A stretch of 53,208 nt of DNA from Phoronis australis (GCA_002633005.1 NMRA01000496.1:74108-127315), one strand, 5' to 3'. Counted from the first letter of the stretch, positions 39,151 to 51,104 are shown. The notes: generated from the letters alone by a model not told the origin. A program made the numbers and translations.

Positions 39151-40406
39151 ACTGGTTGCTTTGCACTGGCATTTCTTTCCGTCACATATATGGCAGTCAC
39201 TACCAATGTTTTAGATTAAATTTTTGATAGTGGTACATATAGCAATGCCAGAGTGTTTATAGTGCCAGTACTGGAAATTGTTTAAAGCTTTTGTGAGCGG
39301 CATTGAGCTGTTGGTTTTGTATTGATAAACTCTTGATATACTATGTTCCTAAGTTGAAACATTTCAATGTTTCTTCAATACAATGACTATAAATATTATG
39401 TCATAGCTTTAGGTACATTTGATTTGTTGTAAACAGTTTCTGTACCATACAGTGATTTAGTGTAGGAAAACTTTCTTAAGTGGGGGTGAAAAGGTACCTG
39501 TTTGGGTCGTCAGTCTTTTGCTGCGACAATGTCATCCAAATTCTACGACACAATAATCACTTGCACAGAATTCGAACTTTTTCTTGGGAATTTTTGTGTG
39601 AGTGGTGCAAGCACGCCCTTCAGATTTCCCGCTTCCTACAAAGTGCATACAATTTGTGTTTTATACCATGCCATAGACATCTAAAGCTATTGGATACTGG
39701 AGATTTTGGGTTGAGATTCGGTAGGATGCTGTGTCGCGTTAGTTGATATCAGTAAAACTCGCTAAGATGGTTCCAGTGAGACTGAGATATTTCATCAAAG
39801 TAAGAGTTATTTGGAGGCATTACTGCGGAACTAATGCATTTTAACCTTTCTAAAGTTCCCACTGCAGAGCTACCAATTTAGAGAGTTCTACTGTATAAGT
39901 AGAGGGATAGAGATTCAGTCTCGACCTCAGACAATGACACGGATTCAAAACTAATTTTTTGATGTAACAGCCATACTGTCGATTTTGTTTGTTTCAAGCA
40001 CACAAACTAGACTCCAATGAGACCAATTCCTCTGTTTACCTAGGTGAACGATAACTGATGTTGAGTTTAGAGGTTTTTAATGTAGACCTAGTTAAACCAC
40101 ACTTGTCATGACCATGTTTTTTGTAATAAACCAGACTGATGAGCATCAATAAATGCTACTTCCTGTGTCAATTATTTACTATTCTGAAACCACAGAAGTC
40201 TACTCATGGAATGCCAACTTCAATTTCCTGCTGCTGAGGTTGCGCTGCCATTGCATTCGTTTGTTACGTTTGTTCTTTCTTTGGAATTTGCCACTACTAC
40301 TTTTTGCAACTCATCCGAATTACATAAGGGGAGACCCCGAGCCACAATTTTTAATAGTAGAATACATAGGTCATGTGCAGGAGTTAGCATTCCAGGGCTA
40401 AGGCAA
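39150..40406 (-). pseudogene. Kolobok transposase catalytic core remnant, on the opposite strand to its THAP exon
   Basis: Motifs in expected order on the minus strand: PLCN...ECNG/QWQ/AAGN, QYGCY, SSAVM, FTD, DV-WHGIKHKLYALCRKR, FCAS...RRIWMT, STGTINTLALLYVP. Many frameshifts. Confidence 0.55.
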
Positions 40407-40432
40407 CTGTCGATAAATAGAAACAGATGAAA

Positions 40433-41549
40433 CTAATGAGAAAATCCATGGAACTCAAAGTCCTCCTCATTTCTTGGCGGAGGGTAGACACCTCTGATGC
40501 AGACTACTGCGCATGCTGGAATGACAACACCGGCAATTCGTCCTAAGTGACCGTGTACCCAACTTTGGAAGTGTCTGTAAGCCACTTGTTTGATCCTTTT
40601 ATCCAAGGTTCAGTCATAGCCATCAGGATATTGACTTTCGGCCAAACATCACGATTGATGCATACTGGTTTAAAACCCTCATGCTCCACAATACATTTTT
40701 TCTTCTGTATGAGTTGTCATGCATCATTTCTTCATCAAGTTTTGCAACAACCTTGTCGACCTCTTGACAGCATACTCTTTCTTCAAAAACTGGGGTTGTC
40801 TGACAGTTGCCACAGGTTCACCTGAATGATGTGTCAACAACAACACATTACTTCAGTAAACATCAAAATTTCCAATTGAAAAATTTACCAAGAGTGCTTC
40901 CGCCAAATTTAACTGAGGTGGCTGCTTACGATTGTTCAGAGTAAATCCCCCTTGAGGGGCAACCTGTTTACAACAGAACAAAACTCAAATCTGATTCGAA
41001 CCTGAATCTCACAAACGGTAGTCTGGAGCTCAAACCACTGAGCCACAATGTCTACAAATAATCAGAAACCAAACGCTTTTTGAGTGATCTGCTGAAATGC
41101 AAAAAAAATCCATTTTTTTATCACTGAAACTGGTATTCATCCACGGCTGAAGCACGACTCACAAATGGGAACGTGGGCGCCTGGGACTGACCGGTAAAGC
41201 TACTCTACAGAATTTTGTATTAAAAAAGACCAGTAATAATTCGCAGTTGTAGGATACATATTAATAATATTCTCACCAGTCACTAACACCCAGTCGCAAC
41301 TCTTGCGTACCTTCTGCCCGTGGATGTTTGCTGGACTAACCGGCAGGGGCTAGGCTTCGACGACCGGAGCAAGAGGATCGACGGACAACGGCTCCACTAC
41401 AGAAAAGCTGAGAACATAATTGTTCCTATGGGATCTGTCACCTCCTCCTCTACCTCCGAAGGGTCGTAATCATCTAAAAAGTCCACCTGTCCGTCCATGT
41501 ATCATTCAAAGTATTCCTTATTTGCGGTGATGTACTCACTTGGACACAT
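40433..41549 (-). pseudogene. KolX (P2X7 C-terminal-like Cys-rich) two-exon pseudogene
   Basis: Exon 1 41549-41277 is acidic and ends ELRLGVSD-TG|GTGAGA. Exon 2 40821-40433 reads W*TCGNCQ..EERVCCQE...KCIVEHEGFKPVCINRDV...VAYRHFQSWVHGHLGRIAGVVIPACAVVCIRGVYPP...FHGFSH*. Confidence 0.9.
40985..41050 (-). mobile_element. tRNA-derived SINE-like head inside the KolX intron
   Basis: A box TGGCTCAGTGG and B box GGTTCGAATC at tRNA-like spacing. Confidence 0.55.
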
Positions 41550-42885
41550 ATTGTTTTTCGTGTTCTCCTACACCACGTCACAGATGTGTAACGAACGAAA
41601 ATGGCGCCGTTTCTTTTTTCCGTTACAACAATGGCGTTGCAACACCACGGCACTAAATATATAAATGACTTTGTATAGCGACGTACAATTCAGTTAATGT
41701 TAAGAATATAACAGTTACAAATATAAACAAGAATTTAGACCACATTGTTGTTCAGATTGCTTTAGACCTTGTAATTTCATCTTTAAGGGATTGGCAACTA
41801 ACGTTTAATGTGCCGTCATAGTGGAAACGATAGAATATCATACCAATGATGGCAGACTGAACGGAAGGGTAAGACTGGAGGATAGACTCGGAAAATGAAA
41901 TGAGGTCGTGGGCAAGAGACAAAGGGTAAGGATGGGGGTAAGAGGAGTCGTTTCCGGCGAAGACTAAATCGGCCGAAAATTGGGTAATGGCGGGGGTTAA
42001 ATGGCGAACAGAGCGTGGTCCAGGTAGCCACCATTTTATGTCAAACTCTCATTGTTAACAACGGTACATTCATAGCACAAAATCCTTTAGTCGACTTTAA
42101 TGAAGCCTTCTTTTAATGAAAACTTGCCGATATCTCTCATAAGATCTGTTAGCGCTTTTTGATTACACATTTAGTTCGGCTTCTACGCCAAATCAACAAG
42201 CAAAACGTAAGGCATTTTCAGTCTTATTCGTCTATGCACACTACAATGAAACTAGGACCAACAGCGTTTTAGCGAGTGATAAATCAATATCAAAATTACG
42301 TTTCAGTAAAATCCACCGAATCCTTTTCGAGAACTCGTGTTCAAATTAAGTCGATTTGCCGAAAACGTCGCGACTAGTTTTCAAAATCTCACAGTTTTCG
42401 CTCAATTTCGGTGAAAACTTACTTTTGGTCCATATAAGATATATAAGTCGTAACCACGTTCGTTATTTCAACAGGCACTCGTAGTGCCAACTGAATTTGG
42501 AGTGCAAAGTTTTGGAAGTTGGGTTTCAGTGCCTCGAGTCAAACTGGGTCAAAAGCGGAGTCAGCAGCAAGTAGGTCAACAGTTCATTATGATACAGAAC
42601 ATGCCCCGTGGAGACTGATATCAAGAAACAAGTAACGAAATGGACAATAGAGTCGGAGGTTAAAGCGCAGAGAGAGCACGAGATCGAAACAGTGAAACAT
42701 CAAATTACCGAAGAAACGAGAGCGCTCGGAGGAGTGACACTTGTGTGGCGAAATTACGCGAAAACAGGACGATGGGGAGGACGACGACGACAATCATGAC
42801 GATTAGCGAAAAATGAAAAATATCTTATGAAAGCCCATTTAAAATTCTATCGAACTGTACAGATTTCTGATCGATTAATATACAT

Positions 42886-43290
42886 GGCAAGAAATTCCCG
42901 GCACACAAAACTATTTGCAAAAAACGCCAAATTTGACAATTTTCTCCCCGAAATACCCACTTCCCCGCAAGTGCTAGAAAAAGTCTGATAACAGATTCCA
43001 AATGCTCGTCCTCTCTAGATTCTAACTATGTGGTCATAGTAAGCCCTTTACCAGCTACTTTTTTAGCAAATTTAATCTGTCTGACAGCCACCTGAAATCG
43101 CCCTCGGTTTCTCGGACAGCAGACGACAGGGTTTGATAGCAAATGACAGCCACCAGTTTGCATCAAAAGTTGGTAAAACTTGATTTTTCTCATTCAAAAA
43201 CACAAGAAAATAAGTTTCCTGGCAATTGTTGTCAACAATTTTCTCAAACCACCCGCCAAACCTGACACACGCCCTCAACATAAATTCTAG
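42886..43290 (-). repeat. ~400-bp interspersed repeat, copy 2
   Basis: Inverted diverged copy of 20786-21180. Confidence 0.85.
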
Positions 43291-43516
43291 GGACTAGAAA
43301 ATGCTCCGTAGCCGTGGCCTGACTGTTCAGTGCTACCTACAGTCTTGAGCGACAATTGGCAAAATTGACGACGATGTTGATTGTGATGATGAAGGTGCCG
43401 ATGATGAACAACATCATAACATTCATACGACGAATCTAGATGTCATAAATTAGTAATAAATAAGCTACAGTCTTGTTCAAATAAACTAAATCAACATCAA
43501 TGCAGTTAGAGCGCTC

Positions 43517-44935
43517 AACAAAGGAACAGCGCTATCAGAAAATGTCAAATAATTCAAAAAGTAGACGTCCTAGCAAAAAATGGAAAACATCTTCTGAAAG
43601 CCCGTTTCAAATTTTATCGAAATTGATAGTTTCGCAACATTCCATATTTTTTTCTAAAATTTTGGGTTTTTTTGGAATTCAAACTCAAATAATTCGAAAA
43701 CGGTATGTCTCAGAAAACGTTATTGCAGAACTTTTGAAAGAAAATACTTCAAGGAATCCGCATGTAAAAATTCACGTCATTTGCTCTTCCGGTTTGACAA
43801 AATTTTATAAAAGTTGATCAAATGCAACAGACACGTAACCAGTTTGAAAATGATTGGTTCACCAATGCGCCCTCTACGGGAGAAAACCTTTTCGGTCAGT
43901 TATCGAGGTGCGCATGCGCCCTTGCCGATATTTCCGTCATCTTTGACCGGAAGTTGAAGATTTACGGCGTAGTTGTAGTGCTTGTGTGCTTTAATAATCG
44001 TACTAATGTTAAGCCCTGCACGTCGAAAAATGCCGCCTCTATGAGCAATGTCTTCATGGTTTTGTTCAGCAGAAGCTAAACCAACATCAGTGCAGCAACA
44101 GCTGTCAACAAAGGAACAGCGCTATCAGAAGATCTCAAATAATTCATAAAGTAGACGTCGTAGCGAAAAATGAAAAATATCTTCTGAAAGCCCGTCCAAA
44201 ATTCTATCTAGATTGATAGTTTCGCAATATTCCATAAAGTTTTCGAAAAAAATGAAATTTTGCGTTTTTTATGAAATTCAAAGTCAAATAACTCGAAAAC
44301 GGTATGTCTGAGAAAACCGTTATTGCAGAACTTTTGAAAGAACATACTTCAAGGAATCCACATGCAAAAATTCACGTCATTTGCTTTTCCCGTTAAAAAG
44401 GCGACAGCAGAACGATTGAAAATGGGTGAAAATGTGCCACAGCCGCCATCTTGAACGTGACTTCCGGTTAAAGAAAATTTTATAAAAGGTGATCAATTGC
44501 AAGGAACACGTGACCAGTTTGAAAGTGATTGGTTCGCCAATGCGCCCTCTACAGGTGAAAATGTTTTCGGCCAGATATCTAGGTGCGCATGCGCCATCGT
44601 CAATATTTCCGCCATATTTAACCGGAAGTCAACGTTCTTCGGCACAGTTGTAGCACATGTGTTGTATAATTATCGTATTAAGTTTCAGCTCTGTACGTTA
44701 AAAATGCGGCCTCTATGAGCATTTGAATTTGAAATCGGGAACAAAATGGCCGCCAAGTCCGCCATTTTGAATTCGATCACGACCAAGAACAACAGGCTTC
44801 CAGGACTTTGCAATCTACATGTCGTGTGCAAATTTCGTGAAAATCGGGCGCGAATTGCGAGCTGTAGAGAGCGAACAAAAAAACTTGGTGTCAGAACAAC
44901 ATGCTTGGCGAAATTTATTTCGCCAAGTAATAATT
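43517..44935. mobile_element. Helentron-associated (HINE-like) element with a ~590-bp diverged tandem duplication
   Basis: Units start aacaaaggaacagcgctatcagaa at 43517 and 44107. Terminal stem-loop CTTGGCGAAAT-tt-ATTTCGCCAAG (44904-44927) is followed by TAATAAT. A partial third unit lies at ~42803-42860. The family assignment is inference. Confidence 0.5.
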
Positions 44936-45299
44936 AATTTGGGTGAGGATTTATCTTTTTTCACAATTTGCTGTGTTCTTGAACACAAAGTGCCTGACGC
45001 CGTACCGCGACTCGGACTTGGTGCATTCGTTCCCAACGGTCGTATGCACGCAGACGCACTGGTTATTCAACGCTTTCACAAATTGTCTTATCACTTAACC
45101 GGCTTGGGGATCGTACTTGGCATACATATAACGTCATGCAACAACAAGCCGGATCACACGGCAACAAGATATTGCCACGATCGGATGCAAATAAGGTTTA
45201 GGAAATCACTTTGCCTTTCGGTTCCAACTTTTACGTGGCGATTATCGTTTCAATCTTGTTTTCATTGTTTATATCCTCATTGTCATTAATAGTCGGACG

Positions 45300-45352
45300 A
45301 GCGAAAGGAAGCAGCCAAATCACAGGAAGTCTATTATAGGAATCATCTGACC
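45300..45352 (+). promoter_or_regulatory. APEH 5'UTR/proximal promoter
   Basis: ETS-like CAGGAAGT (45323-45330) lies just upstream of accATGG. Confidence 0.3.
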
Positions 45353-45367
45353 ATGGCTGAGGTTGAC
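45353..45367 (+). CDS. APEH: APEH homologue exon 1 (MAEVD)
   Basis: accATGG Kozak context and GTAAGT donor (phase 0). Joins in frame to exon 2. Confidence 0.8.
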
Positions 45368-45549
45368 GTAAGTTACTTGGGTTTGTTGGTCGTAATTGAG
45401 TCTCTGTAGATAATAAGTACGGGCGAAGAAAATTTAAGCCTTAAGAATCAAATCTAGTTGTTTTGAACCTGTGCATGATTGGCCCTTTACGTGAGCACTC
45501 GACACATGTAATTCAATAAACGACATTTTGCCAAAACTCTGCTTTTTAG

Positions 45550-45779
45550 ATCAAAGACGCAGTTAAAATCTACAAAGAGTACGCCGCATTTTCCACGATT
45601 GTCGCTGCTCGAATAAACAGTACCTCAAACCACAGGTCCATCAGCATTTACTCGCAGTGGACGCAGGACGACGTCGTGCGAATGCAAAGGACGAAGTTTG
45701 GAAGGACGGACATATTGCAGAAGAACGAAGAGGAGTATGAAAACATTGGTCTAGGTGATCCGCATGAAACCAACGACAT
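45550..45779 (+). CDS. APEH: APEH homologue exon 2
   Basis: tttttAG|IKDAVKIYKEYAAFSTIVAARI...SIYSQWTQDDVVRMQRTKFGRTDIL...PHETND|GTAAGC (phase 2). Resembles human AAALYR...EWTQRDLERMENIRF. Confidence 0.9.
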
Positions 45780-47211
45780 GTAAGCGTGATTATACAGAAC
45801 CACGGAGCGAAATTGCAAGACGATTTTGTTGATCCTCCTACTGTCCGTTCAAACTAGATAATCACTGGTCAAATAATCTCCCACATTTCGTACGGTTCAA
45901 CTCTTAACATTGCCACATAGTTTAATATTAATTACGGTCAATCAACATACCCCATGTTCTAGTCGATTTTCTAACTCCCGCGACCGTGACCGATCCAGGT
46001 CGCAGTTTTTGGACTTGAAAAGTGACAATTGCATTTTGACAGCTCAAAACCATTATCTCTCGATTTCCCAGCTTAAAATGTGACCCATATTACTGCCCCA
46101 AAATATACGCTTGTTTTGGTGCCCGCTGCACGTCTCGTCAGGAAGATGCAAACAATTCGCTTGTAATGCATACACGTTTCGTACACAAAGTAGTTGCTGC
46201 GACCAGGTAACCCGTCACCTGTGAAATCATCCACCAAGGTTGAGTTTCTCTGAGTACTATGTTGTCATGACGTGTGGATATTTATTGATTTTCGTAGTGA
46301 CCCCATCAAATTACAGGCTCTTTACTACCTTGGTATATTCCATCTTGAAAAGGCCATATTATGTTGCATTGCAAACAAACTGCGACTTTTTGGACGTGTA
46401 AATGGAATAATTGACTTCCTAAAACCGCTTTGTGGTGATGTGGTTTTTATTGTTCATACACCCATACTCGTTCTTCTAAGAACACCGTTACATCTGAAGA
46501 TGAAGTAGTGGCCAAGTGAAGCGCCGTACCAATTTAAATAGACTAGAGATATGTGCAAATAGACAATAAAATGTTGGAATAATTTGAGCAATGAAGCAGT
46601 TTATTTAAAGACCCAAGTTGTGTCCCGAACCTTACCTCAAACTGGCCAAACAAAATTTCCGACCTCAAGCGTATTTGTAATATTCATGGCGTTAGATAAT
46701 AAAACGATTTTAAAAAGCTGTCTTGTTTTACGGAGTTGGCCGACACGTCCATCGCTGGGCAATTCCAAAACCATGGCAAGTGGCACTTCAATTTCTTTCG
46801 ACATTAAAAATAATTGCTCTAACGATAAGGCAAACATTGATTTATGAGAGCATTTCCGTCTTTGCCATCTGTTACAAATCTAAGCAAGGCGATGTTTGAA
46901 ATCCAGTGCTATAAGTATTTGTTGTCTTTAACTCTTAAACATGTGCTATTGATGTACATGTACGTCATTGAGCAGCCATGATTGCAGACTATTTTACTAT
47001 ATCAGCGCCTTCTCAAAAGAAGATACTAGAAATTCGGAGACTCGTGATGTGTTAAGCTTGACATGCCCTATTTTGCAGCAAAATGTGTGATATGTCAATT
47101 TCAAATAAAAAAACTAACACATGTCATCATGGGCATACGATCAATGTCTGCACTGTCTCAAAACTTTTCGACACAATGAAGGCCAACATGATTGTCTTAT
47201 TTTGGGTTTAG

Positions 47212-47299
47212 ATTGTGGTGCAAAGGATCGCCTTGTGGACGCTTTAGGGCGCTGGTGCGTGACGTCACGATTGGAAACGCAACAAAGCAATTCATTGAG
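47212..47299 (+). CDS. APEH: APEH homologue exon 3
   Basis: tttAG|(I)LWCKGSPCGRFRALVRDVTIGNATKQFIE|GT. Resembles human LLSRESPSGTMKAVLRK...EKQFLE. Confidence 0.9.
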
Positions 47300-48083
47300 G
47301 TTTGTGTAGTTGCTGTTCTTAGCTGAGAAGTGCAGGTGTAAGTCACGTGACAGAGTAAAACTGCCGTCGGTGTTTCTTTAGCACAGTACTCGGTGAATTT
47401 GTTGAGTCCAATTTGGATACAAATTTGCATTAGCGGAGTAAAATTACAAATGTGCGACAGGTGTTTATAACTTTAATTTGTGCTACTGGAAAGACATGGG
47501 GTTTGCATCAAATGATCGGACTAAATAGCCTTAAACTAAATACCTTGTTCTAAAAGGCAATCATTTTACGTAAACGTTTTTGATATTGAGAGAATGTTTT
47601 TCATGGTTTGTATACACAGATAAATTGAAAATTTACTAGAAATAACAACCTACGTTTAGTTCCGCATAAACGTGTGTTTTACCTAAACCGTTGCATCAAT
47701 GGCAACTTCCTTCCAAACCATACCAAGCTCCAGTTCACCAATATTTACCAAAAGTTCAGTTAGAGAATTGACTAATCCTAACGCGTGAAATATTTCGTGA
47801 AGAATGCCACGCTATTGGTCAATTTCCGAGTCGTGTCTTGGGTGAAGAGTGTTGATACTTCAAAAAATTACAGAGGTTGGGTGTTTTTCTATTTTTATTG
47901 AAATTTGCTGGTCGTGAATAGACGTGAAGTCGGTTGTTCTGATTTAAGGAATAATTCTGTGATCTATTTACATGCATCTACCCTGTACAATATCTAGATC
48001 CTTCCCCTGTTTGTGTTGCCATCACGTGGTACTATGTTGCCATCTCCAGCTTCAAGTACCGTACATCAAATCTGCCTTTACAG

Positions 48084-48162
48084 GTATGGAACAACTTCTG
48101 CAAACTTTTGACTGTGAATCTAGAGGAGGTTGGACAACACGGCAGAGTTTATAGTAAAGATG
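48084..48162 (+). CDS. APEH: APEH homologue exon 4
   Basis: ttacAG|VWNNFCKLLTVNLEEVGQHGRVYSKD(G)|GTATGA. Resembles human VWEKNRKLKSFNLSALEKHGPVYED. Confidence 0.92.
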
Positions 48163-49332
48163 GTATGACATACTTCAATGAACGTATTTTTTATAAAGTG
48201 GGTCGGACCTTTTCAGGAAATTGACAAAATTGAGAATGGTATTCGAAAGACAGAAAGATTATCATGACTGTTTTGTTTGGAAAGTCGAATACACGTAGAT
48301 ACAGAGAGAAACGGTTGTTCGTTGGATGTTATTTACAAGGTAAGCTATAACAGTAACTACGGCAACTAAATTGCAGTAACTTTGTCTTCACGACAAGTTA
48401 TTAAGATGGAAAAGGTTTGCAAACCGAGGAGTTGCACTTAAGACGTACTTGGCAGTTATCCATATCAGGGCTGCGGTCCATAGACCCAAGAGACTGGTGA
48501 AAACGTAAGACTGCTCAAGTATGTGCGAGATATTGCCATGCATTACAAGAGACACCAGCTTTTCTGGTGAGTGTCTTGTGTGTACAGATCCCGTCCCATC
48601 ACCCATCGTGACACTTTCCTTTCTCCTTTAAATCGGACTCGATATTACTCCAGTATATTACGGATTATGCAAATGAGTGCCCGTAGACTCGAGCTACAAA
48701 TTCTCATAAAACTCCAATATTTGAGTTCACACACATATTTATAACTTTACTGCGGAGGTCATCAAGTGCAAAATAGGATTACACAATCATTCACGTAAGC
48801 CCCAACGTACTCAAAAACAGAATAATAGACACACGTTTTTAAAACGTTGTAAAGGATGCTGTGTCCTACTCTATGTTTTGCAGCTGATCATTCACGTTAC
48901 AAAACCTCTTCAACAACTTGACACACCACATAATACCCACATTGTAGCAATGGTTTGCATTTGGTCAAACAGTCTTAGATACATAAATGATTAGCATGCA
49001 TATCCTGCATATTCACCTCTTTCAACAACTCGATCGCTTTCTGTAGCTTTGTCCCTGAATACGCCAGGAAGGCACTTAAGTAGAACTTTACAGTACTTAA
49101 AATGGATGAGTTAACTGATTGCTGCTCAGATGTCATCAAATGACATAAATCTGCGATGTGTCTGGTGAAATAGTCATTGCTTCTGGAGCTAATGGCTCAG
49201 GGCTCAACCACTATAGTAGTAGCCAAGTTATACTCTAACCTAGCAGTGTGTTGTAGTCTAAAATGTCTTCACTTAATGTTAACGTCTCCCTTTCTAAATA
49301 CTGTGTGTGTTTGGTTTCAGTTACTGCGATCA

Positions 49333-49786
49333 GGGCCCGAGTTATAATCCTTTTACTCGAAATGAAACTCGAAATTATGTTTACAACTTTCGACTCTCTT
49401 TTTTGTGAACCCAAGATAAATGTCTATTATTCTATGCTCGAGTACATAATGACTTACGGGGATAACTTCTTTGTCCTAGTCTGCAGTTGATAAACACAAC
49501 ATCAAGGCTAAATTTCGAGTTTTTACTCGAAGTTGTAACACGAATACAAGGGTCATCAAGTGCAAACTTGGACTAGAAACTCGAATGCGTAAACTATAAT
49601 GTATTCGAGCACAGTCTGATAACCACTTGTCTTGAGTTCGCATAAAATTAGTGCGAACCTGGACCAGACACATATCAGCAAAAACCATAGCATGCTCAAG
49701 CACACAGTAATTACAGTTATTTGTATTATGCATTAAACCAGAACCTAAAATGTCAAAAATGCTTTAGAGTTCGATATCCCGGGCCT
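49333..49786. mobile_element. Harbinger-like MITE in an APEH intron
   Basis: GGGCCCGAGTTATA ... TATCCCGGGCC imperfect TIRs, with internal actcga motifs. Confidence 0.4.
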
Positions 49787-49861
49787 AGTTTGATTCTTAA
49801 AATTGCCATGTGTACATCTCCATTACCAGCATAATTTATGCCTCAGATGTTGCTGTTGCAG

Positions 49862-50124
49862 GTGTCCTAGACTGTTTTGATTGGTCGCCTTCCAGTGAAA
49901 AGCTGTTGTACTTGGCGGAGAAGAAAACTCCGCAGCCAGTATCTTTTTTCGCCAAGCCACGAGATCGTGAAGATGGTGGCGTGCTGGGAGACGTGAATGT
50001 GTACAGGGATCACTGGGGTGAAGCAATGACAGACAAATCCCACCCAGTCTTGTGTATCCTTGATGTAGAAACCGCTGATATTCAAGTTGTCCACGTGGTG
50101 CCCGATGACGTATCACCTGGAAGG
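49862..50124 (+). CDS. APEH: APEH homologue exon 5
   Basis: ttgcAG|VLDCFDWSPSSEKLLYLAEKKTPQPVSFF...GDVNVYRDHWGEAMTDKSHPVLCILDVET...VPDDVSPGR|GT. Resembles human WSHSETHLLYVAEKK...EDWGE...PVLCVLDVE...VSPGQ. Confidence 0.95.
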
Positions 50125-50308
50125 GTACAATTTAGGAACATTATCTATAATTGTGCATTTTGTCGAAACGAACAGTTGCAACTTCAGAACACCCATTTCA
50201 TTGAGTCTCGAAATAACAACGAGTTTGTAAAATTGTATTGTATTACGATTCGTTGTCCTCTTGGTATTGTTACTTGTTTATATTCGCAAACTGATGAAAA
50301 TGGATCCA

Positions 50309-50514
50309 GGCCGGGGTTTCATAAAAGAGGCTTGAGACTTAAGACAGACAATTGATCTTATGCCCCATTTCAAAATTGCTGAAAATGTTTAGAAAGGTAA
50401 TTGTTTTGAAATAAATTATAGAAGTTATCCCAGTAAATAAAATATGTATACATTCTTAGAGACTATGGACTTTTGCACTTACTTTTTATAGTCACTTTTC
50501 ATGAAACACATCCA
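50309..50514. mobile_element. Harbinger-like MITE in an APEH intron
   Basis: GGGGTTTCATAAAAG ... CTTTTCATGAAACAC inverted ends. Confidence 0.45.
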
Positions 50515-50798
50515 TGGGGCCAATTGTTCAAGAAACATGTCTTTATTCGTCAGGTATGGACAACTTGACCTGAATTATATAAGATATTCTTGTCCAGTAA
50601 ATTAACCATAGTCTTCCGGGGATTACCTATTAAAAGACTTCTCCCTTCAGAGTGCCAATAGGCCCTCGTTTCGTGACAGTACGTACACTTCGCAATACAT
50701 TTTTGTAGTGACATAAAGGCTTCTACACACTGCACGTATTATTCTTGTCTTGGGATTCGGATAAAGTAGTACAGTGTATGCTGTATGCGTGTTTACAG

Positions 50799-50928
50799 GG
50801 TTACTGGTGTCCAGATGACTACAACATTGTGTTTGTTGGATGGAAACACGAACCTTATCGACTCGGCCTGCTCTACCAAGAACGAGAATGCGATCTCTAT
50901 TGTCTGAGTATCAAAACGGGCATTTGTC
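50799..50928 (+). CDS. APEH: APEH homologue exon 6 (gene continues beyond the window)
   Basis: ttacAG|GYWCPDDYNIVFVGWKHEPYRLGLLYQERECDLYCLSIKTGIC|GTAAGT. Resembles human AFWAPGDAGVVFVGWWHEPFRLG. The six exons join into one 805-nt open frame. Confidence 0.95.
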
Positions 50929-51104
50929 GTAAGTTTTTGTGATATACAGCTGCATGTAACTGACCTATCGCCAGGCTTATGAACGACGGTTTAACTAACA
51001 AATCAGAACCCAGCATCTTTGAATGCGTTTCCAATCTGTCAGAAAAACAATGTCGTTGTAGGTAAAGCTTGTTTTAGTCTATAGCTAAAAAATGCGCGAC
51101 AAAA

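Larger units (their letters stand above)
38024..41782. mobile_element. Degenerate near-full-length Kolobok transposon (3.76 kb)
   Basis: TTAA|AGTGTAATTAGCAAGGTCCAAG versus right end (reverse complement) TTAA|AGATGAAATTACAAGGTCTAAAG. Contains THAP, transposase and KolX remnants. Confidence 0.8.

Noticed and set aside
40433-40821. Host P2X7 receptor gene
   Set aside because: Only the Cys-rich tail-like domain is present, with a stop and frameshifts, inside Kolobok TIRs. It is KolX.
34872-41050. Functional tRNA genes at 34872, 35382 and 40985
   Set aside because: A and B boxes are present, but no acceptor stem or cloverleaf could be folded. They are treated as SINE heads.
42608-42799. LINE ORF1-like coiled-coil fragment
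   Set aside because: Only compositional resemblance, with no diagnostic motif.
20786-43290. One 22-kb element bounded by the 400-bp inverted repeats
   Set aside because: The copies are substantially diverged, no TSD was found and the interior is unrelated. Two independent insertions are more parsimonious.
44819-45289. 156-aa ORF upstream of APEH
   Set aside because: It has a non-ATG start inside a repeat and no recognisable motif. The antisense frames contain stops.
46644-46868. Minus-strand exon-like segment (AG...GTAAGG) in APEH intron 2
   Set aside because: All three frames contain stops and no family was recognised.
48218-48339. Extra APEH exon (ttttcAG...AAG|GTAAGC)
   Set aside because: There are stops in all frames and no APEH similarity. 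Exons 4 and 5 already join in frame.
49810-50355. 181-aa ORF as a single-exon gene
   Set aside because: Only 49862-50124 is APEH-like, and the rest is intron read-through.
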